Origin: Clostridia bacterium
Lineage (GTDB): Bacteria; Bacillota; Clostridia; Christensenellales; CAG-138
Reading direction: 5' to 3'
DNA length: 59,159 bases
Assembly (NCBI GenBank): GCA_036804025.1
Contig: DAIRTE010000004.1
Location: 1-59,159 of the forward strand
In this document: positions 36,252 to 45,342 of the stretch, one piece after another
Layout: the number at the start of each line of letters is the position of its first letter
Numbering within the stretch: position 1 is the stretch's first letter
Notes under the pieces: model-generated
The model's database searches: none
Told to the model about the DNA's origin: nothing
Seen by the model: the letters and a program-made list of their open reading frames with translations, nothing else
Program-made: the position numbers and the translations under genes

Positions 36252-37256
36252 ATGAGTGACCCCTGCGTATCCAAAGTGAGCTATTCCAATTCCGATTTTG
36301 CGAAAAAGGTATCTAATTTTACAAAAGAGAATATGGCCATTGTGGCGATTGTTCTCATGAGCGTTGTGTTCTCTTTTACGTCGCCCTATTTCCTCTCCTG
36401 GGAAAACTGGAAGAACATTCTGCTTCAAACCTCTACGGTATCCATTGCGGCAATGGGACAGGCGATTGTTCTGCTCACCGGTAACTTCGACCTGTCGCTC
36501 GGACGCAACGTCGCATTCACCAGCTGCCTGGGCGCGGTTCTGATGAAGGGGATGACCGCCGACGCAGCGCAGATGAATCCCTGGCTTGCAATCATCATCA
36601 TGCTGCTGGCCGGAACGGCGATTGGCCTTGCCAACGGCGTGCTCACGGCGTATGCCGGTCTGCCGGCGTTCATCGCCACGCTGGGATTGCAGAACATCTG
36701 CTACGGCATGGCCAAGGTCATTACCAACGCCACGCCGATTGCAACCTTCTCCGATCAGATTGCGTTCTTCGGCCGCGGCTATCTCGGCCCGATTCCGTAC
36801 TGCGTCATCATCATGATTGCCCTGTATGTTGTAGCACAGTTCCTCTCGACGAAAACACGACTGGGCCGGAACATCTACGCGGTTGGCGGCAGCAAGGAAG
36901 CCGCGTTCTTCTCCGGCATCGACGTGAAAAAGTATACCTGCCTCGCGTTCGTCATCGCGGGATTGCTCGCGTCGTTCAGCGGCGTGGTACTGATGAGCCG
37001 GTTGAACTCCGTCGCCATTACGAACGGCCAGAACTACGAGTTTGACGCGGTCATCGGTTCCATCATCGGCGGCATCAGCCTCGCGGGTGGCAAGGGCAAG
37101 ATCATTGGCACCATGTTTGGTTCCATCTTCCTCATTACGCTGTTCAACGGCATGGCACAGCTGCACGTGGACCCATTCGTACAGGACGTTCTCAAGGGCG
37201 TTGTACTGCTCGCGGCCATCGGTCTGGACGTGCTGCGCAACCGGAAACGCGCTTAA
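36252..37256 (+). CDS. Monosaccharide (CUT2) ABC transporter permease, RbsC-like
   Basis: Start trimmed to MSDPCVSK (RBS AAAGGAG). Multi-TM. GGSKEAAFFSGIDV motif. Confidence 0.88.
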   Translation: MSDPCVSKVSYSNSDFAKKVSNFTKENMAIVAIVLMSVVFSFTSPYFLSWENWKNILLQTSTVSIAAMGQAIVLLTGNFDLSLGRNVAFTSCLGAVLMKGMTADAAQMNPWLAIIIMLLAGTAIGLANGVLTAYAGLPAFIATLGLQNICYGMAKVITNATPIATFSDQIAFFGRGYLGPIPYCVIIMIALYVVAQFLSTKTRLGRNIYAVGGSKEAAFFSGIDVKKYTCLAFVIAGLLASFSGVVLMSRLNSVAITNGQNYEFDAVIGSIIGGISLAGGKGKIIGTMFGSIFLITLFNGMAQLHVDPFVQDVLKGVVLLAAIGLDVLRNRKRA

Positions 37257-38779
37257 TGGCGACGTTTTCTGAAGATCAAGAAAGGGCTGACAGCACGATG
37301 GAGAAAGACTACATCCTGAAGATCGAGGGGATAAGCAAGAGCTTTCCGGGCGTGAAAGCGCTCGACTCGGTATCGTTTCAAATCGAACGCGGAACCATTC
37401 ATGCGCTGGTTGGCGAAAATGGAGCCGGAAAGAGCACGCTGATCAAGATTCTGGCGGGCATCTATCATGCGGAGGAGGGGAAAGTTCTCCTCAACGGAAA
37501 TTGCGTGGGGTTCCGCACGCCCCATGAATCCCGCATGGCCGGAATCGCGGTTGTCCATCAGGAAGTGAAGCTCGCCGAGCCGCTCTCCGTAACCGAGAAT
37601 CTGTTCGTCGGAAACCTGATTATGCGCGGGCACCTCGTGGACTGGAAGGAGATGCGCCGCCGCGCGGCGGAGACCATTCAGAACCTCGGCGTGGAGATCG
37701 ACGTAGACGCGCCGGTCGAGTCGCTGACCGTCGCCAAGAAGCAGATCGTTGAGATTTGCCGCGCGGTCAACATGAACTGCAAACTCCTGATCATGGACGA
37801 GCCCTCGGCAACGCTGACCGACCGCGAGCTGGACATTATGTTCGGAATCGTAAAGAAGCTCCGCTCGGAAGGAATTACGATCATCTATATTTCGCACCGG
37901 TTGGACGAGGTGTTCAATCTGGCGGACAACGTTACCGTTCTGCGGGACGGCAAGCATGTTGCGACGCAGCCGGTTGCGGACGTCTCGCGCGAAAAGCTGA
38001 TCTCGCTGATGGTTGGCCGCGAGCTCGGGCAGGAGTACCCAAAGATCGCCGCTTCACAGGGGGACGTGATCCTCGAGGTCAAGAACCTCTGCCGCAAGGG
38101 CGTGCTGCACGACATCAGCTTTTCGGTTCGAAAAGGCGAAGTGCTCGGCATCTCCGGCCTGGTCGGCGCGGGACGCACCGAACTTGCGCGCGCCATATTG
38201 GGCATTGACCGCATCGATGCCGGCGAAATCTTCGTCCGCGGAAAAAAGGTGCAATACCGGTCCTTCCGCGAGGCAATTCACGATGGACTGGGTCTGATTC
38301 CGGAGGATCGCAAGCTGCAGGGGTTGGTTCAGGTGTTCTCCGTCAAGTGCAACATCTGCATGGTGAGTCTCGACAAGATCATTCGCCACGGCATTGTGCG
38401 CGAGAAACTCGAGACCAAGTACGCGGAGGAATACTCTAAGAAACTGCGCGTTGCAACGCCGACGCTGGACACGCAGGTGCAGTACCTCTCCGGCGGAAAT
38501 CAGCAGAAGGTCGTCGTTGCAAAGTGGCTGCTCCAGAACAGCGACATTCTGTTTCTGGACGAGCCGACGCGCGGCATCGACGTCGGCGCGAAGGCAGAGA
38601 TCTACGGGCTTATCAACGTGCTCGTGGAACAGGGCAGAACCGTCATCATGATCTCGTCCGAGATGCCGGAGATTCTGGGCATGTGCGACCGCATCGTCGT
38701 GCTGCACGAAGGCAAGAAGATGGGCGAACTGCTGCGCGAAGAAGCGACGCAGGAAAAGATCATGGCGCTCTGCGTGTAA
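37256..38779 (+). CDS. Monosaccharide ABC transporter ATP-binding protein, duplicated cassette, RbsA-like
   Basis: TAATG overlap with the permease stop; alternative start at 37298 (MEKDY). Walker A GENGAGKST, LSGGNQQK, LFLDEPTRGID. Confidence 0.9.
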   Translation: MATFSEDQERADSTMEKDYILKIEGISKSFPGVKALDSVSFQIERGTIHALVGENGAGKSTLIKILAGIYHAEEGKVLLNGNCVGFRTPHESRMAGIAVVHQEVKLAEPLSVTENLFVGNLIMRGHLVDWKEMRRRAAETIQNLGVEIDVDAPVESLTVAKKQIVEICRAVNMNCKLLIMDEPSATLTDRELDIMFGIVKKLRSEGITIIYISHRLDEVFNLADNVTVLRDGKHVATQPVADVSREKLISLMVGRELGQEYPKIAASQGDVILEVKNLCRKGVLHDISFSVRKGEVLGISGLVGAGRTELARAILGIDRIDAGEIFVRGKKVQYRSFREAIHDGLGLIPEDRKLQGLVQVFSVKCNICMVSLDKIIRHGIVREKLETKYAEEYSKKLRVATPTLDTQVQYLSGGNQQKVVVAKWLLQNSDILFLDEPTRGIDVGAKAEIYGLINVLVEQGRTVIMISSEMPEILGMCDRIVVLHEGKKMGELLREEATQEKIMALCV

Positions 38780-38807
38780 ATACTAATAGAAGCTACAACA
38801 TAATCTA

Positions 38808-38857
38808 ACGGATTTAACGGGGAATGTTTTAAACAAACATACGGATTTAACGGGAAA
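38808..38857 (+). repeat. Direct repeat ACGGATTTAACGGG in the ATPase-SBP intergenic region
   Basis: ACGGATTTAACGGGGAA at 38808..38824 and ACGGATTTAACGGGAAA at 38841..38857, a 33-nt period. Confidence 0.85.
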
Positions 38858-38893
38858 CTGTTAAAAATAAAACATCAAGGAGGAGTCTCAAAC

Positions 38894-39940
38894 ATGAAGA
38901 AGTTTCTGTCCATGCTGCTGGTAGCAATGCTTGCAATCTCCATTTTCGGTTGCGCGGCACCCGCCGCCGTGGCCCCCGCCGCGGAAGAACCCGCCGCCGC
39001 AACGGAAGCCCCCGCTGCCGAAGCAGCCGCCGAAGCCCCTGCCGCGGATGCGAGCAAACCGCTGGCCGGCCTCAAGATCGGCAATACCATCGTCTACAAG
39101 GGTGACGTATGGTGCGCTCTGCTGGCCGAGGAATTCGAAAAGCAGGCTACCGCGCTTGGCGCCGAAATCACCGTGGAAGACGGCGACCTGAACGCAGAGA
39201 CACAGTCCAAGCAGATCGAGAACATGATCGCACGCGACGTGGATGTTATCTTCGCCGATCCCGCGACATTTGACGGCTGCACCGCGGCCTTCGAAAAGGC
39301 AACGGCCGCCGGTATCCCGGTGTTCACCTACGACAGCGCGCCTTCCTACGAAGGCATTGTCACCCACACCGGTTGGGACAACGTGGAAACCGGCAAAATG
39401 GTTGGCGACTACGTGCTGGAATGGGTCAAGACCAACATGGCGGACAAACTCCCGGCGCGCATCATCCTGCTGGGCAACTATGCTTCCGAGCACTGCATCA
39501 CGCGTGAAGACGCCTTCATGGAAGTTGTCAACGCCAACCCGGATGCACTGACCGTCATCTCCCGCCAGGATTGCGAAGGCAACCGTGAAAAGGGCGCGAA
39601 TGCCGTTACCAACATCGTGGAACCGTTTGACATCGTCGTGAGCGTTGTGGACAACGGCGCGTGGGGCGCGGTCTCCGCAATCGAAGCGCGCGGCCTGACC
39701 GGCGTAAAAGTGTTCTGCATGGGCGCATATGGCGACGAACCGTTCCGCGCGCTGCGCGACGCACACCCGATCTACGAAGCCTGCCTGATTGTTGATCCGG
39801 CCGCGATTGCCCGAATCACGCTGGACAGCTACACGAAGTATGTGCAGGGTCAGACCGAGTTTGAGAAGGTCACCAACATCCCGCTCTACATCTGCAACAC
39901 CGAGAACATTGCGGACTTCTATTCGTTCCCGAACGGCTAA
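38894..39940 (+). CDS. CUT2 ABC transporter substrate-binding lipoprotein (RbsB/Peripla_BP_4-like)
   Basis: RBS AAGGAGGAG. Lipobox LAISIFGCAAP. Ala/Pro/Glu linker, then the periplasmic-binding-protein type I fold pattern. Confidence 0.88.
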   Translation: MKKFLSMLLVAMLAISIFGCAAPAAVAPAAEEPAAATEAPAAEAAAEAPAADASKPLAGLKIGNTIVYKGDVWCALLAEEFEKQATALGAEITVEDGDLNAETQSKQIENMIARDVDVIFADPATFDGCTAAFEKATAAGIPVFTYDSAPSYEGIVTHTGWDNVETGKMVGDYVLEWVKTNMADKLPARIILLGNYASEHCITREDAFMEVVNANPDALTVISRQDCEGNREKGANAVTNIVEPFDIVVSVVDNGAWGAVSAIEARGLTGVKVFCMGAYGDEPFRALRDAHPIYEACLIVDPAAIARITLDSYTKYVQGQTEFEKVTNIPLYICNTENIADFYSFPNG

Positions 39941-39966
39941 GGTACGCAAACGATCAAACGAACATG

Positions 39967-40094
39967 CCCGCGAAGGAACCGGTTTCGGTTCCTTCGCGGG
40001 AAACACGAGAGTTCAATCGCATACTATAGATCGCATCTGTTCCCGTGGAGCCGATTCCGGTTCCCTCACGAGAAACACAAGAACGCAATCACAT
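39967..40094 (+). repeat. Strong 15-bp-stem hairpin without U-tract, plus a degenerate second copy of its 3' half
   Basis: CCCGCGAAGGAACCG-GTTT-CGGTTCCTTCGCGGG at 39967..40000. CGGTTCCTTCGCGGGAAACACGAGAGTTCAATCGCA (39986..40021) recurs as CGGTTCCCTCACGAGAAACACAAGAACGCAATCACA (40058..40093). Confidence 0.8.
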
Positions 40095-40291
40095 GTATCA
40101 AGGGCTTATTAGCTTTACGGTTGACTGCCGCAGGCAAAGACCGTTTCTCTTGCTCCGGTAACGCGCGGAGCGCGGGCAGTGAAAGGTACTATTTATTGCG
40201 CCGCGACACATGAACAAGGAATTCCCGATCGATTGCACGATCTTTTGATAAAACAATTCCGAAAAAATCCAGATAAAAATGCGCATCCTTG

Positions 40292-40320
40292 TTGACAAAG
40301 GGTGGAAAGAATAGTATTAA
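40292..40320 (+). promoter_or_regulatory. Promoter of the aminotransferase/dehydrogenase operon
   Basis: TTGACA (40292..40297), 17 nt spacer, TATTAA (40315..40320). Confidence 0.65.
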
Positions 40321-40363
40321 TATATTAAGTCACTGGACTAATTAAATAACAGGGAGCGAAAAC

Positions 40364-41641
40364 ATGAAACAGCCGAACGAGCAATTGGTGATGAATGCTG
40401 CGGGCATCCTCGAGCTTGGATTCCCGATGTGGCCGCAGTTTGCGCCGGAAACGCCGCAGGACGTTGCGGATATTCTCAAGAGCGGACTGGTCAACTACTG
40501 GACCGGCAAGAAGGGCATGGAGTTTGAAGAACAGTTCCGCGCGTGGTCCGGAGCAAAGATGGCGATTTCCTGCACGAACGGAACGGCGGCGCTGCACATT
40601 GGTCTGGCGAGCCTTGGCATTGGACCCGGGGACGAGGTGCTGGTGCCTTCCTACTCGTTTATCGCTTCGTCCTTCTCCATCGTGCAAGCAGGGGCAATCC
40701 CCGTGTTCTGCGACGTGACGGAGGATCACACCGTGGATCCGGACGACATCGAGCGCAAGATTACGCCGCGCACGAAAGGCATCGTCTGCGTCCATCTCTA
40801 CGGCGTGGTGTGCGACATGGCGCGCATTCTGGACATTGCCAAGCGGCATCATCTGTATGTGATTGAAGACGCGGCGCAGTGCATTGGCGGCAAGTTCAAC
40901 GGCAAGATGGTTGGCACGATTGGCGACGTCGGCTGCTTCAGCTTCTGCCAGTCGAAACACTTCACGACGGGCGGCGAGGGCGGCATGGTGCTGACCAACG
41001 ACGAGAACATCGGCTGGGAAGCCCGCTCGTTCCGCGACCACGGCTACGACGTCAAGAAGCGCATGAACATGCTTGCGCTGGAGGAAAAGCTGCCGTACAT
41101 CCACACCCGCGTGGGCTTTAACTACCGCATGACGGAGATGCAGTCCATGATTGGCATCAACGAAATGAAGCGGTTCGACAGCTGGAACCTGCCGCGCAGA
41201 CTGCAATACGCAAAGATGTATGACGAAGCGTTTCAGGGGCTAAAGGGCATTGCGAAGCTGCCGGTCAACACGGCGGAACGACAGAATTCCTACTGGTGGT
41301 ATCCCATCACGCTCAATCTGGATGAGCTGACGACGGACGCGCAGGGCATTTTACACGCGCTGCATGAGGAGAAGATTCCGTGCTACGGAATCCAGTGGCC
41401 GGAGGCCTATGAGGAGCGCGCGTACAAGGAGCTGAACGGCTTTGGCACGGCGCAGTTCCCCTTCCACTCGAAGGAGTATACGGCGCAGGGGTTGAGCTAC
41501 GAACAGGTGCTCTGCCCGGTTGCAAAGTCGCTGCGCGCGAGAACGGTCAATCTCTTCCTGCATCCAACGTGGGACGAAGTACATATCCGCCGGGTGATTG
41601 AGGCGTTTACCGCGGTGCTTTCCGCGCATACAAAAGCGTAA
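40364..41641 (+). CDS. DegT/DnrJ/EryC1/StrS-family PLP-dependent sugar aminotransferase (copy 1)
   Basis: CTNGTAALHIGL, GDEVLVPSYSFIAS, VIEDAAQ, and the Schiff-base Lys in FSFCQSKHFTTGGEGGMV. Confidence 0.9.
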   Translation: MKQPNEQLVMNAAGILELGFPMWPQFAPETPQDVADILKSGLVNYWTGKKGMEFEEQFRAWSGAKMAISCTNGTAALHIGLASLGIGPGDEVLVPSYSFIASSFSIVQAGAIPVFCDVTEDHTVDPDDIERKITPRTKGIVCVHLYGVVCDMARILDIAKRHHLYVIEDAAQCIGGKFNGKMVGTIGDVGCFSFCQSKHFTTGGEGGMVLTNDENIGWEARSFRDHGYDVKKRMNMLALEEKLPYIHTRVGFNYRMTEMQSMIGINEMKRFDSWNLPRRLQYAKMYDEAFQGLKGIAKLPVNTAERQNSYWWYPITLNLDELTTDAQGILHALHEEKIPCYGIQWPEAYEERAYKELNGFGTAQFPFHSKEYTAQGLSYEQVLCPVAKSLRARTVNLFLHPTWDEVHIRRVIEAFTAVLSAHTKA

Positions 41642-41717
41642 TTGTTCGGGCGCCGGTCTGCGCACAGGGGATGGACCGGCGCTCTCCTCCCTTTTTTGAC
41701 GGTTAGGAGATAACACA

Positions 41718-42770
41718 ATGGCAGAACAGAAAAAAGTACGTTGGGGCGTCATCGGCGCCGGCGGCATTGCAGATCGAAGGACGATTCCCGGCATGATGCT
41801 GGCGAACAATGCCGAGCTCATCGCGGTGATGGAGATTGACCTGCAGCAGGCAAACCGGCTGAAGGAAAAGTACGGCGCAAAGCGCGCCTACGACTCGGAA
41901 GCGGAACTGCTCGCGGATTCCGAGGTGGACGCGGTCTACATTGCGTCTCCGGTGGTATTGCACGCCAAGCAGGCGAAGATGGCCGCGGACGCTGGCAAGC
42001 ATATTTTAATCGAGAAACCGCTCGCCATGACCAGCGCGGAAGGACAGGAAGTGCTGGACTACTGCAACGCGCGCGGCATTTTGATTGCGGCGGGGCTGAT
42101 GATGCGCTTCGGCGCAAACGTGATGGCGATGCGCGAGGCCGTTCAGGCGGGTCAAATTGGCGCGGTCGTTTCCGGCTTTGCGCAGTTCACCTGCTGGTAC
42201 CCGGATATCCCCGGCAACTGGCGCCAGCAAAAGAGCACCGCGGGCGGCGGGGCGCTGATGGACATGGGCGTGCATTGCATCGACTTGGTTCAGTACGTCA
42301 CCGGCAGCAAGGTCAAACAGGTCGCGGGATTTCACGATACGCTGACTTTTGGCTACGAGGTGGAGGATTCCTCCAGCGTGCTGCTGCGACTGGAGAACGG
42401 CGCAATGTGCACCGTACAGTCGAATTTCAACATTCCGGACGAAGCGGCCAAGTGGCGGCTGGAGTTCTTTGGAACGCGCGGACGGTTGCTGGGCGATTCG
42501 GTCATCGGTCAGGTGGACGGCGGCAGCGTGGACGCCATGTTCCTTGCGGACGTCGGCGGTTACGACGCGGCGCAGGACGGCAAGGAAGCGCAAAAGACGA
42601 CGCTCAACGTTGCGCTCGGCAACATGTATACGCGCGAGATTGAGAGCTTTGGCGAGTCGCTGCTCAACAAAACGCCGCTTACGACTCCGGCTTCGGAGGC
42701 GGTGCAGGTGCAGCGCGTGATTGAGGCGGCGTATCGCTCCTGCGAGGAGAAGCGGATCATCGATCTGTAA
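41718..42770 (+). CDS. Gfo/Idh/MocA-family NAD(P)-dependent sugar/cyclitol oxidoreductase (copy 1)
   Basis: Rossmann VRWGVIGAGGIA; EKPLA motif (ILIEKPLAMT). 350 aa. Confidence 0.9.
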   Translation: MAEQKKVRWGVIGAGGIADRRTIPGMMLANNAELIAVMEIDLQQANRLKEKYGAKRAYDSEAELLADSEVDAVYIASPVVLHAKQAKMAADAGKHILIEKPLAMTSAEGQEVLDYCNARGILIAAGLMMRFGANVMAMREAVQAGQIGAVVSGFAQFTCWYPDIPGNWRQQKSTAGGGALMDMGVHCIDLVQYVTGSKVKQVAGFHDTLTFGYEVEDSSSVLLRLENGAMCTVQSNFNIPDEAAKWRLEFFGTRGRLLGDSVIGQVDGGSVDAMFLADVGGYDAAQDGKEAQKTTLNVALGNMYTREIESFGESLLNKTPLTTPASEAVQVQRVIEAAYRSCEEKRIIDL

Positions 42771-42793
42771 ACGAAATCAAACGGGAGGCACCG

Positions 42794-43636
42794 ATGAAGA
42801 AGAGCATCAATTTCTGGTCGTTTGCCGCGGGTACAACGGTTGCGGAAGGAATCCGGCTCGCGAAGGACGCCGGTTTTGCGGGAATTGAACTTTCCATGGG
42901 CGAAGTGGGGTTGATGGGGTTGCCAACCGCGGACGCGGCCAAGACGGCGCGGAGCATTGCCGAGAGCGAAGGCATTGCGCTGCCCAGCCTTGCCTGCGGA
43001 CTGTGCTGGGACGCGCTGTTGACCAGCGCGATTGCAAAGAAGCGCAATGAGGCGAAGGACATGATCCGCCGTCAGGTGGACATGGCGGCCGAGCTCGGCG
43101 CGGACAGCATTCTCGTGATTCCCGGTGCGGTCGGTGTGGATTTTTTAAACGGAAACGAGAACCTGCTGCCGTATGACGAAGCATACGACGCCGCGCTGGA
43201 AGGCATTCTGGAGCTCGCGCCCCATGCGGAGCAGGCGCGCGTGAATCTGGCGCTGGAGAACGTTTGGAACAAGTTTTTGCTCTCGCCGCTCGAGCTAAGG
43301 GACTTTATCGACAAGATCGGCTCCGACTATGTCGGCAGTTACTTTGATGTTGGCAACGTGGTGCTGACGGGATATCCGGAGCAATGGGTGCGAATCTTGG
43401 GCAAACGGATCAAGAAGGTGCACTTCAAGGACTACCGGCGCGACCCCGGCGGGTTCAACTGCTTCTGCGATCTGCTGTCGGGCGACGTGGACTATCCCGC
43501 CGTCGTCGAGGCGCTTGAGGCGGTTGGTTACGACGATTATTGCGCGGCGGAGATGATTCCGAACTATCGGCACTACACCAGCCAAACGATCTACAACGCG
43601 TCCAAATCGATGGACCGGATTATAGGCAAAGCGTAG
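42794..43636 (+). CDS. Xylose-isomerase-like TIM-barrel sugar(-phosphate) isomerase/epimerase/dehydratase
   Basis: 280 aa with the AP_endonuc_2-type pattern (GFAGIEL ... LALENV ... YFDVGN ... HFKD). Confidence 0.85.
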   Translation: MKKSINFWSFAAGTTVAEGIRLAKDAGFAGIELSMGEVGLMGLPTADAAKTARSIAESEGIALPSLACGLCWDALLTSAIAKKRNEAKDMIRRQVDMAAELGADSILVIPGAVGVDFLNGNENLLPYDEAYDAALEGILELAPHAEQARVNLALENVWNKFLLSPLELRDFIDKIGSDYVGSYFDVGNVVLTGYPEQWVRILGKRIKKVHFKDYRRDPGGFNCFCDLLSGDVDYPAVVEALEAVGYDDYCAAEMIPNYRHYTSQTIYNASKSMDRIIGKA

Positions 43637-43714
43637 GTCTTACGGCTGCATATTTCATTTCGACGGATCGAATTGTTGAAAAGTTTAATCGCAGAGAACA
43701 GAAAGAGGTAGCGA

Positions 43715-44722
43715 ATGGCACGCATTGGCATCATTGGCGCGGGATTTATGGGCACCGCGCACTCGGCGGCGATTCTGAAGTCAACGAAGCATCCCCTCGT
43801 CGGCATTGCGGACATCGACCGCAAAAAGGGCGAAGCGCTCGCGAACGAACGCGGCTGCAAGTATTTTTCGACGGCGGAGGAGCTGCTCGCGCAGCCGGAC
43901 GTCGACATCGTCCACATCTGCCTGCCGACCAACCTGCACTGCGCCTATATTCAGAAGGCGGCGGCGGCCGGGAAACACGTGCTCTGCGAAAAGCCGTTTT
44001 CGCTGCACGACAGCGAGATTGCCGCGGCAATCGACGCGGCCAAGGCAAACCACGTGAAGCTCATGATCGCGCAGGTGGTGCGCTTCTGGCCGGAAAACGT
44101 CGTCATCAAGCAATACAAGGAAAGCGGCGTGTTGGGCGAAATCAAGATGTGCAGCGCGCATCGGCTGGGACAGATTCCCGCCTGGGCGGACTGGTATCGC
44201 AATCCGGAAATCAGCGGCGGCGGGCTGTTTGACCTGCATACGCACGACATCGACAACATGATCGACCTGTTTGGCGCCTGCACGGAGGTATACTCGATTG
44301 GAGCCAAGCGCGACGGCTGCTGGAACTATATGTCGACCTCGCTGACGTTTGCCAGCGGCAAGAAGAGCATTGTGGAATCCAGCCTGAACATGCCGGGCGA
44401 TTATCCGTTTTCCACGTCGTTCCGCCTGCTGGGCGAGCGCGCCTGCATTGAGCAGACCATGCGCGCCGGCGCGAATCTGGACGATATGTCCAACAGCGTT
44501 CGAACGCTCAAGCTCTACGAAGACGGGAAGCCCTGCGTCAATGTGCCGTATGAGGCATACGACGCGTACTGGTGCGAAATTGAGCACTTTGCGGACTGCG
44601 TGGATCAAGGCATTGCCCCGCGCATTTCGCCGGAGGAGTCGCGAAACGTCATGCGCGTGATCCGCGCAATTGAAGCCTCGCTTTCAAGCGGCGAGGTCGT
44701 GCCGACCGGCTGGGTCGGCTGA
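43715..44722 (+). CDS. Gfo/Idh/MocA-family oxidoreductase (copy 2)
   Basis: ARIGIIGAGFMG Rossmann; VLCEKPFS motif. 335 aa. Confidence 0.9.
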   Translation: MARIGIIGAGFMGTAHSAAILKSTKHPLVGIADIDRKKGEALANERGCKYFSTAEELLAQPDVDIVHICLPTNLHCAYIQKAAAAGKHVLCEKPFSLHDSEIAAAIDAAKANHVKLMIAQVVRFWPENVVIKQYKESGVLGEIKMCSAHRLGQIPAWADWYRNPEISGGGLFDLHTHDIDNMIDLFGACTEVYSIGAKRDGCWNYMSTSLTFASGKKSIVESSLNMPGDYPFSTSFRLLGERACIEQTMRAGANLDDMSNSVRTLKLYEDGKPCVNVPYEAYDAYWCEIEHFADCVDQGIAPRISPEESRNVMRVIRAIEASLSSGEVVPTGWVG

Positions 44723-44726
44723 GCGA

Positions 44727-45329
44727 ATGCAGCGCAGTTACGCGGTTTCCAGCTGCGAAGGCGCGCCGGACTGGGAAACGATTCCCGCGGCGCAGATCGA
44801 CGAGGCGCAATGGCTGCCCAACCCCGGCGTTGCGGCCTGGGCGCAGGTCTGCGCTGCGCCAGATGCGCTTTTCGTTCGCCTGTTTGCGCGCGAGGCGGAA
44901 CCGTTGGCCCGGTTTACCGGCGAAACGGACATGATTTGCCTCGACAGCTGTCTGGAGTTCTTCTTTTGCCCGTTGCCGGGCGATACGCGGTATTTCAATT
45001 TTGAGTTCAATCCAAACGGCGCGCTCTATCTTGGCTTTGGACACGACCGCTACGACAGCGTTCGCCAGCTCGTGCCGCGCGCGGGTTCGTTTTTTTGCGT
45101 CGAACAGCTCAAGCAGGGCGACGTTTGGGAAATCGGCTTTCGCATTCCGTTTTCGTTTATCCGGCTCTATGCGCCCGAATTCACGCTGCGCCCCGGCCTG
45201 CGGCTGCGCGGAAATTTTTATCACTGTGGTGAGGAAACGTGCGCTCCGCGCTATCTTTCCTGGAACCGCATTCATTGTGAGACACCGGAGTTTCACCAGC
45301 CCTCGGACTTTGGTTGGCTGGTTTTTTAG
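44727..45329 (+). CDS. Carbohydrate-binding family 9-like (DOMON-like) protein, no signal peptide
   Basis: Start trimmed to MQRSYAVSS. ~200 aa with a beta-rich pattern (DSCLEFFFCP ... YFNFEFNPNGALYLGFG ... GNFYHCGE), typical of CBM9-like proteins. Confidence 0.65.
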   Translation: MQRSYAVSSCEGAPDWETIPAAQIDEAQWLPNPGVAAWAQVCAAPDALFVRLFAREAEPLARFTGETDMICLDSCLEFFFCPLPGDTRYFNFEFNPNGALYLGFGHDRYDSVRQLVPRAGSFFCVEQLKQGDVWEIGFRIPFSFIRLYAPEFTLRPGLRLRGNFYHCGEETCAPRYLSWNRIHCETPEFHQPSDFGWLVF

Positions 45330-45342
45330 GAGGATTTGACTT

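Noticed and set aside
34179-40094. A CRISPR array or mobile element behind the various direct repeats (34179, 38808, 39986).
   Set aside because: Each repeat has only two copies. There is no regular repeat-spacer periodicity. No cas, transposase, integrase or inverted terminal repeat was seen anywhere in the window.
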